From positions 1,054,001 through 1,118,000 of the forward strand of contig MU008163.1 of the NCBI GenBank assembly GCA_010909165.1: a stretch of 64,000 nucleotides of DNA, in the 5' to 3' direction. Positions 63,996-64,000 of this stretch are shown here, one piece after another. Source of the DNA: Anthoceros angustus (taxonomy: Eukaryota; Plantae; Anthocerotophyta). Both the position numbers and the translations under genes were made by a program. The notes beneath the pieces are model-generated. The model ran no database searches. It was not told the DNA's origin and saw only the letters and a program-made list of their open reading frames with translations. Within the stretch, counting starts at the first letter, position 1. Each line of letters opens with the position of its first letter.

Positions 63996-64000
63996 GTAAG

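Overview
Eukaryotic nuclear DNA from a land plant, probably a non-seed plant (inferred from STIG1 and 4CL-like genes with GT-AG introns; species not determinable). The sequence is full of 1-bp indels that look like uncorrected long-read errors, so frameshifts cannot be trusted as real pseudogenisation. 1-9.3 kb: a head-to-head STIG1 / peroxisomal 4CL-like acyl-CoA ligase pair, tandemly amplified with microhomology junctions. 10.9-58 kb: a nested transposon stack containing a LINE fragment with a (GTT)n tail, a CACTA element (TnpD at ~37.8-41.5 kb) and a Ty3/gypsy element with ~4.3-4.5 kb LTRs (43.0-57.3 kb). Main discovery: three related copies of a TIR DNA transposon (C remnant from 11677; A ~14814-23906; B 26026-36477 with a perfect 4-bp TSD AATC). 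A and B each encode a DUF7869-type DDE transposase and, divergently, an intron-containing gene for a ParB-like (GGNH) domain fused to a bacterial/phage-type beta-class N4/N6 DNA methyltransferase. A and B are also studded with a 20-bp GC palindrome whose central dinucleotide is copy-specific (GGCGCCGGC-CG-GCCGGCGCC in A, -AT- in B). This suggests a transposon-borne, self-targeting DNA-modification system (hypothesis).
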